Shown here: positions 59,821-64,000 of the stretch, piece by piece | How positions within the stretch are numbered: the stretch's first letter is position 1 | How the letters are laid out: every line of letters begins with the position of its first letter | Virus record (IMG/VR): IMGVR_UViG_3300018429_000060 | Location: 1-64,000 of that record | Length of the DNA stretch: 64,000 nucleotides | Origin: a virus | Direction: 5' to 3' (one strand) | Notes under the pieces: generated by a model | Database searches by the model: none | Seen by the model: only the letters and a program-made list of their open reading frames with translations | What the model was told of the DNA's origin: nothing | Position numbers and translations under genes: made by a program

Positions 59821-59854
59821 CAAAAACCACCAAAGAATTGTGAGGAATAGGGCC

Positions 59855-60256
59855 ATGGGCGTAGCACTGTCGGTCGAGGACATCACCGTGCAGGACCTGG
59901 ACCGCGCCGACATCGCCGAGGAGTACGCCATGCTCGACGAGTGCGGCGACCTGCCGACCGACGAGGCCAGGACCTACTTCACCCACTACGGGCACCGGGT
60001 CTCCATCAACCTGGTCGACGCGGCCGGCGAGCACGTCACGCTGGACGCCGACGCGGCCGGGTTGGCCGCGGTGGCCACCGTCGAGGCCGAGGTCAACGCC
60101 GCGCTCGTCGCCGCCGGCGCCGCCAGCGCCGAGCTGGGCTGGGGGTTCTCGGCCTACGCCTTCTGCTCGTGCCCGTGCTCGCCCGGCTTCATCGTCCAGG
60201 GCACCGGCACGCAGAAGACCGCGACCGTGCGGCTGCGGGTCACGCAGTCCGCCTGA
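59855..60256 (+). CDS. hypothetical protein
   Basis: GAGGA RBS; 'CSCPCSPGF' motif. Confidence 0.6.
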   Translation: MGVALSVEDITVQDLDRADIAEEYAMLDECGDLPTDEARTYFTHYGHRVSINLVDAAGEHVTLDADAAGLAAVATVEAEVNAALVAAGAASAELGWGFSAYAFCSCPCSPGFIVQGTGTQKTATVRLRVTQSA

Positions 60257-60260
60257 ACCG

Positions 60261-60297
60261 ATGCCAGGGGGTGAGGCGCCGCCTCACCCCCTGGCAT
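60261..60297. terminator. perfect 18-bp-arm inverted repeat
   Basis: ATGCCAGGGGGTGAGGCG-c-CGCCTCACCCCCTGGCAT. Confidence 0.55.
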
Positions 60298-60332
60298 TCC
60301 GCCGCCCCCAACCCCAGCAGAGGAGCACCCCC

Positions 60333-60644
60333 ATGCCCACCCTGACCGACCCCGCCGCGGGCGCCGAACTCGTCGACTTCGCCGACCCCGACACCTGCCC
60401 CGTCGACCCCACCGACACCGACCCCGCCTACCTCGCCTTCCTCGCCGAGCTGGTCGCCGACGACCAGCGCGCCGCCGCCCGCCGCGGCACCCCCGCCCCG
60501 CGTTCCTGGGGCGACCGGCTCAGCGCCACCGACTACTTCTGCCCCACCTGCTGGTACGCCGGCCTCGGCGACGGCAGCCACAGCGACACCCACCCGCCCT
60601 GCGACCCGCCCGGCACCGTCCGCGGCCCCTACGACCCCCGGTGA
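60333..60644 (+). CDS. hypothetical protein
   Basis: GAGGAG RBS; CxxC. Confidence 0.5.
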   Translation: MPTLTDPAAGAELVDFADPDTCPVDPTDTDPAYLAFLAELVADDQRAAARRGTPAPRSWGDRLSATDYFCPTCWYAGLGDGSHSDTHPPCDPPGTVRGPYDPR

Positions 60645-60952
60645 CCGCCATGACCACCCCGCCCACCCCGCCCACCGAGGTGACCTACGACGTGACCGTC
60701 GTCATCAGCGTCGACTGCGCGAACGGTCCGCTCGCCGCGGCGTTCCGCGGCTGGGACCAGATCACGGCCCTCCAGGCGCCCGTCGTCACCGTCGTGCACC
60801 GCCACCCAGCCGGCGGCGAGCCCACCGAGGTCGACTTCGAGCACTACGACCGCACCTCCGACCCCAGCTGGAGCCACTACGAGGCCACCGGCGAATTCCT
60901 TACGCGACCCGACGACGATGACGAACCCGCAGAGGCTGGAGACCACCCATGA
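60641..60952 (+). CDS. acidic hypothetical protein
   Basis: GTGA coupled. Confidence 0.5.
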   Translation: MTAMTTPPTPPTEVTYDVTVVISVDCANGPLAAAFRGWDQITALQAPVVTVVHRHPAGGEPTEVDFEHYDRTSDPSWSHYEATGEFLTRPDDDDEPAEAGDHP

Positions 60953-61443
60953 CCACCCCGACCATCCCGGCCGTCGACCCGGCCGCCCCGACGGCCGCTC
61001 AGGCCCTGCTCCCGGCGTCCGTGGCGCTGCCGACCCACGCCGCCGTCCGCGTCGCCGAGCTGCGCACCCTGCTCCAGCACATCCGCCTGGCCCAGCTCAC
61101 CACCGCCGGCGCCGTCGAGCGCTACGTGATCCAGCTGGCCGCGGACCTGGAGTCGACCATCGTCGTGCCGCTGCCCGTGGTGGTGCGCGTCGACGCCGAG
61201 AACGGCCAGGCCACCCTCATCTGCCCCCACCCGCGCTGCGGCGCCGTCGGCTCCATCCACGAGGAGGACCGCGCCGGCCGCTGGAACACCGCCCACGAGG
61301 CCGAGGCAACCCCGGACGGCCGGCTGCGCTGGATCCAGTGGGGCCTGGGCGACAGCAACGGTTTCGAGCACGAGCGCCACTTCTGCGACAGGTGTCTGCG
61401 CCCGGTCACCATCGACGAGACCGTCGAGCACGGCTACCTCTGA
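60949..61443 (+). CDS. Zn-finger hypothetical protein
   Basis: ATGA coupled; CPHPRC and CDRC. Confidence 0.55.
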   Translation: MTTPTIPAVDPAAPTAAQALLPASVALPTHAAVRVAELRTLLQHIRLAQLTTAGAVERYVIQLAADLESTIVVPLPVVVRVDAENGQATLICPHPRCGAVGSIHEEDRAGRWNTAHEAEATPDGRLRWIQWGLGDSNGFEHERHFCDRCLRPVTIDETVEHGYL

Positions 61444-61659
61444 CAGCGCGAAGCCCGGAGTCCCACGACAACGCGGGCGCATCCGGGCCTCTTCGGCCGA
61501 CTCCGCGGAACGGCCTACTGGCGAGAACGCTAGCACCGAGCCACCGACGTCACCAACCCATAACCGTGCGTTACCGTGGCCGCGCGGTGGCGGCGTTTCG
61601 ACAGGAGCCTGCCAGCTCCGCACCACAACCCGACCAGCGCGAAAGGGGCTCCCACCGGC

Positions 61660-63528
61660 ATGGCTGTCGTCGTCCACGTCTACGGGGTTCCGCCGGTCCT
61701 GCACGGCGAGCGGGTCCGGCTGCCCGCCGAGGTCGACGAGCAGCTGTCCTTGGCGCACTGCCTGCGCGAAGACCTCGTCACGCTGGAGCACCAGCGGCAG
61801 GACGCGGTCACCGCCGTCTGGTCCAGCTACCCGCAGATCGCCGCGATCGAAACCCAGCTCACGGCCGCCGAGACCGAGCTCACCGACCGTTCCGCGGCCG
61901 CGGCCGCGGAACGGTCCGCGGCCCGCAAGAAGGGTCCGACCGAGTCCTCCGAGGCGGTGCGTCAGCTCAAAGCCCGCATCAAGGACCTGCGCAGCCAGCG
62001 CCGCACCGCCATCGCCGACGCCCACCCGACCGCCACACCGCGGCTCACCGCGATCGCCGACGCCCACCGCGCGGCCATCAAGGCCCTCTACGCCGACTAC
62101 AGCCAGGGCCGCGGCCTGTACTGGGCCACCTACAACGACGTCGTTGCCCATCACCAGGTCGCCACCAAGAGGGTCGCGGCCGAACGCAAAGCCGGCCGCC
62201 CCGCCAACATTCGGCATCACCGCTACGACGGCTCCGGCAGCATCACCGTGCAGCTCCAACGCCAGACCGGCGCACCGCCCCGGCTGCCGGCCACCATCGC
62301 CGACGAGCAGAACGGCCCCTGGCGCAACGTCCTGTACCTGACACCCTGGGTCGACCCCGACACCTGGGCCACCCTGGCGCGGGCCGAGCAGCGCCGCCGC
62401 CGCCTCGGCGTCGTTCGCCTCGACCTCGGCAACAAGCGCCACCTCAGCATCCCGGTGCTGGTCCACCGCATGTTGCCGGCGGACGCCGACATCACCAGCG
62501 CCCGGCTCGTCGTCCGCCGCGTCGCCGGCCACCGCAAGATCGAGCTGCACGTCACCGCCAGGATCAAGGATCCGGTGACCCGCTCCGGCGGGCCGGCCGT
62601 CGCCTTGCACCTCGGCTGGCGCCGCGAGGACGGCGGCGCCGTGCGCGTCGCCACCTGGCGCAGCACCGCCCCTGTCCACGTGCCGGACGACCTCAACGAC
62701 CTGGTGCACGCCGACACCGACCACACCGGCACCATCTCCCTGCCCGCGCGCTGGTGGCACCGGGTGTCCACCCAGCCCGAGATGGCGGCCCGACGCGCCA
62801 CCTCGCTCAACGACATCCGAGACCAGCTCGTCGCAGCCCTGACCGACAACCCACTCACGATCACCGCAGACGACGAGGACGCTCAGCCGGTCCCGACCGC
62901 CGCGGCGGTCGCGACGTGGCGTTCACCGGCCCGGTTCGCCCACCTCGCACGCACCTGGGCCACCGACTGCCCCGCAGGCCACCAGGCCACCGCCGCCGCC
63001 CTGGAAAACTGGCGACGCAGCGACCGCCGGCTCTGGGAACAGCAGGCGCACGGCACAGCCAATACCCTCGCGGCCCGCGCCGATGCCTACCGACGGACGA
63101 TGTCCTGGCTACTGACCGGCGCCAGCCGACTGGTCCTGGACAACACGGCCATCGCCGACCTGGCCCGCCGCGCCGATCCCGCGACAGAGCCCACCCTGCC
63201 CACCGCGGTCACCGACCGGGTGGCCCACCAACGCATCGGCGCCTCACCCGGCCAACTCCGCAGCATCGCCACCACCACAGCGAACTCCTACGGCGTGGCC
63301 GTCGCCGTCATGCCCCACACGGGCATCACCCGCACCCACTACCGATGCGGACACCTCAATCCAGCCGACGACCGCTACTCGGCCGCCCGGATCGTCACCT
63401 GCGACGGCTGCGGTCAGCACTACGACCAGGAATCATCCGCAACCCTCATGCTGCTCGCCGCGAGCGGCGACGTGGCAGCACCCGGCAGCGCCACCGCTCG
63501 CAACCCCGACACCAGCGCACACGCGTAG
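61660..63528 (+). CDS. cas12m: type V-M CRISPR effector Cas12m (622 aa)
   Basis: Colinear resemblance to MmCas12m as I recall it: 'LAHCLREDLV', 'WSSYP', 'LYWATYN.V..HH', 'RHHRYDGSGSITVQLQRQ.GAPPR', RuvC-I 'VALHLGWR', RuvC-II 'LVLDNT', Zn finger 'HYRCGH...CDGC'; GAAAGGGG RBS; CRISPR array starts 106 bp downstream. Confidence 0.9.
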   Translation: MAVVVHVYGVPPVLHGERVRLPAEVDEQLSLAHCLREDLVTLEHQRQDAVTAVWSSYPQIAAIETQLTAAETELTDRSAAAAAERSAARKKGPTESSEAVRQLKARIKDLRSQRRTAIADAHPTATPRLTAIADAHRAAIKALYADYSQGRGLYWATYNDVVAHHQVATKRVAAERKAGRPANIRHHRYDGSGSITVQLQRQTGAPPRLPATIADEQNGPWRNVLYLTPWVDPDTWATLARAEQRRRRLGVVRLDLGNKRHLSIPVLVHRMLPADADITSARLVVRRVAGHRKIELHVTARIKDPVTRSGGPAVALHLGWRREDGGAVRVATWRSTAPVHVPDDLNDLVHADTDHTGTISLPARWWHRVSTQPEMAARRATSLNDIRDQLVAALTDNPLTITADDEDAQPVPTAAAVATWRSPARFAHLARTWATDCPAGHQATAAALENWRRSDRRLWEQQAHGTANTLAARADAYRRTMSWLLTGASRLVLDNTAIADLARRADPATEPTLPTAVTDRVAHQRIGASPGQLRSIATTTANSYGVAVAVMPHTGITRTHYRCGHLNPADDRYSAARIVTCDGCGQHYDQESSATLMLLAASGDVAAPGSATARNPDTSAHA

Positions 63529-63634
63529 GCTCTCCCCCCAGCCAGCACCGACGCACCTTGAAACCTGAACCTCTAGACCAGCGCTCGCGATGATCTCCAT
63601 GTGGCCTGGTCAATCGCGTCTCGTACAGCGAGCT

Positions 63635-64000
63635 GTCGCAACGCCTGCGTCGGGGCCTCGTGCCGACGACGAGTCGATCTGGCGGGAGGCTTGTCGACTC
63701 CCGGAGCTGTCGCAACGCCTGCGTCGGGGCCTCGTGCCGACGACCTCTGCACAAGCGCCGGGACGTGCTCGACACGACCTGGTCGCAACGCCTGCGTCGG
63801 GGCCTCGTGCCGACGACCTCTGCACAAGCGCCGGGACGTGCTCGACACGACCTGGTCGCAACGCCTGCGTCGGGGCGTCGTGCCGACGACGATGCGCCCA
63901 CAGCCTGGTCGCACCGCCTGTGTCGGGGCGTCGTGCCGACGACTATGCCCCTTCGTGTGGCGGTGCTGTGGTGGCCGAGTGGTCGCACCGCCTGCGTGGG
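63635..64000 (+). CRISPR. CRISPR array, 36-bp repeat GTCGCAACGCCTGCGTCGGGGCCTCGTGCCGACGAC, truncated by the window end
   Basis: repeats at 63635, 63709, 63782, 63855, 63908 and 63982 (partial); spacers of 38, 37, 37, 17 and 38 bp; CGTCGG/CCGACG stem near the repeat 3' end. Confidence 0.95.

Larger units (their letters stand above)
1..64000. mobile_element. actinobacterial phage-plasmid-like element (window lies inside it)
   Basis: virion genes interleaved with parA/RHH, resolvase and rep/iterons; no housekeeping genes. Confidence 0.7.

Noticed and set aside
61660-63528. TnpB of an IS200/IS605 transposon
   Set aside because: Longer than typical TnpB, His at RuvC-I, no tnpA or IS ends seen, adjacent CRISPR array
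63548-63555. tracrRNA anti-repeat (CCGACGCA) in the leader
   Set aside because: Only 8 bp of complementarity, and Cas12m is reported to be tracrRNA-independent
63671-63981. Full self-targeting of spacers within the window
   Set aside because: By eye only 9-13 bp matches (e.g. near 6961, 22390, 36798), expected by chance in 64 kb of high-GC DNA; a proper alignment is still needed
1-64000. tRNA/rRNA genes
   Set aside because: No recognisable cloverleaf or rRNA signatures by eye

Overview
High-GC actinobacterial mobile element, most consistent with a phage-plasmid (siphovirus-type prophage with a plasmid maintenance module). All family assignments come from motif recognition and memory of protein families; no searches were run. 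Left to right: (i) an HK97 gp10-like gene, small Cys-rich ORFs, a RiPP-type L-isoaspartyl methyltransferase and a divergent XRE regulator (1-6.2 kb); (ii) a head/tail operon (MuF fusion, two capsid-like genes, major tail, adaptor) running into an unusual block of PKD-repeat, CBM2-like, FN3 and AA10 lytic polysaccharide monooxygenase genes and an amidase endolysin (7.4-27.4 kb); (iii) ParA + RHH partition genes, a Cre-like tyrosine recombinase, an iteron/palindrome origin candidate and an HTH replication protein (30.9-35.4 kb); (iv) tape measure and minor tail genes, with tail chaperone-like genes displaced onto the opposite strand (37-49.4 kb); (v) a co-oriented run of small genes (AAA ATPase, ArdC-like, DUF3560, DNA methyltransferase) punctuated by AT-rich palindromic islands that share a repeated promoter motif (49.5-61.4 kb); (vi) a type V-M CRISPR locus, with cas12m (non-canonical RuvC) followed by an array that runs off the window end and no adaptation genes in view. 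No rRNA or tRNA was seen. No terminase or full-length portal gene was found in the window.
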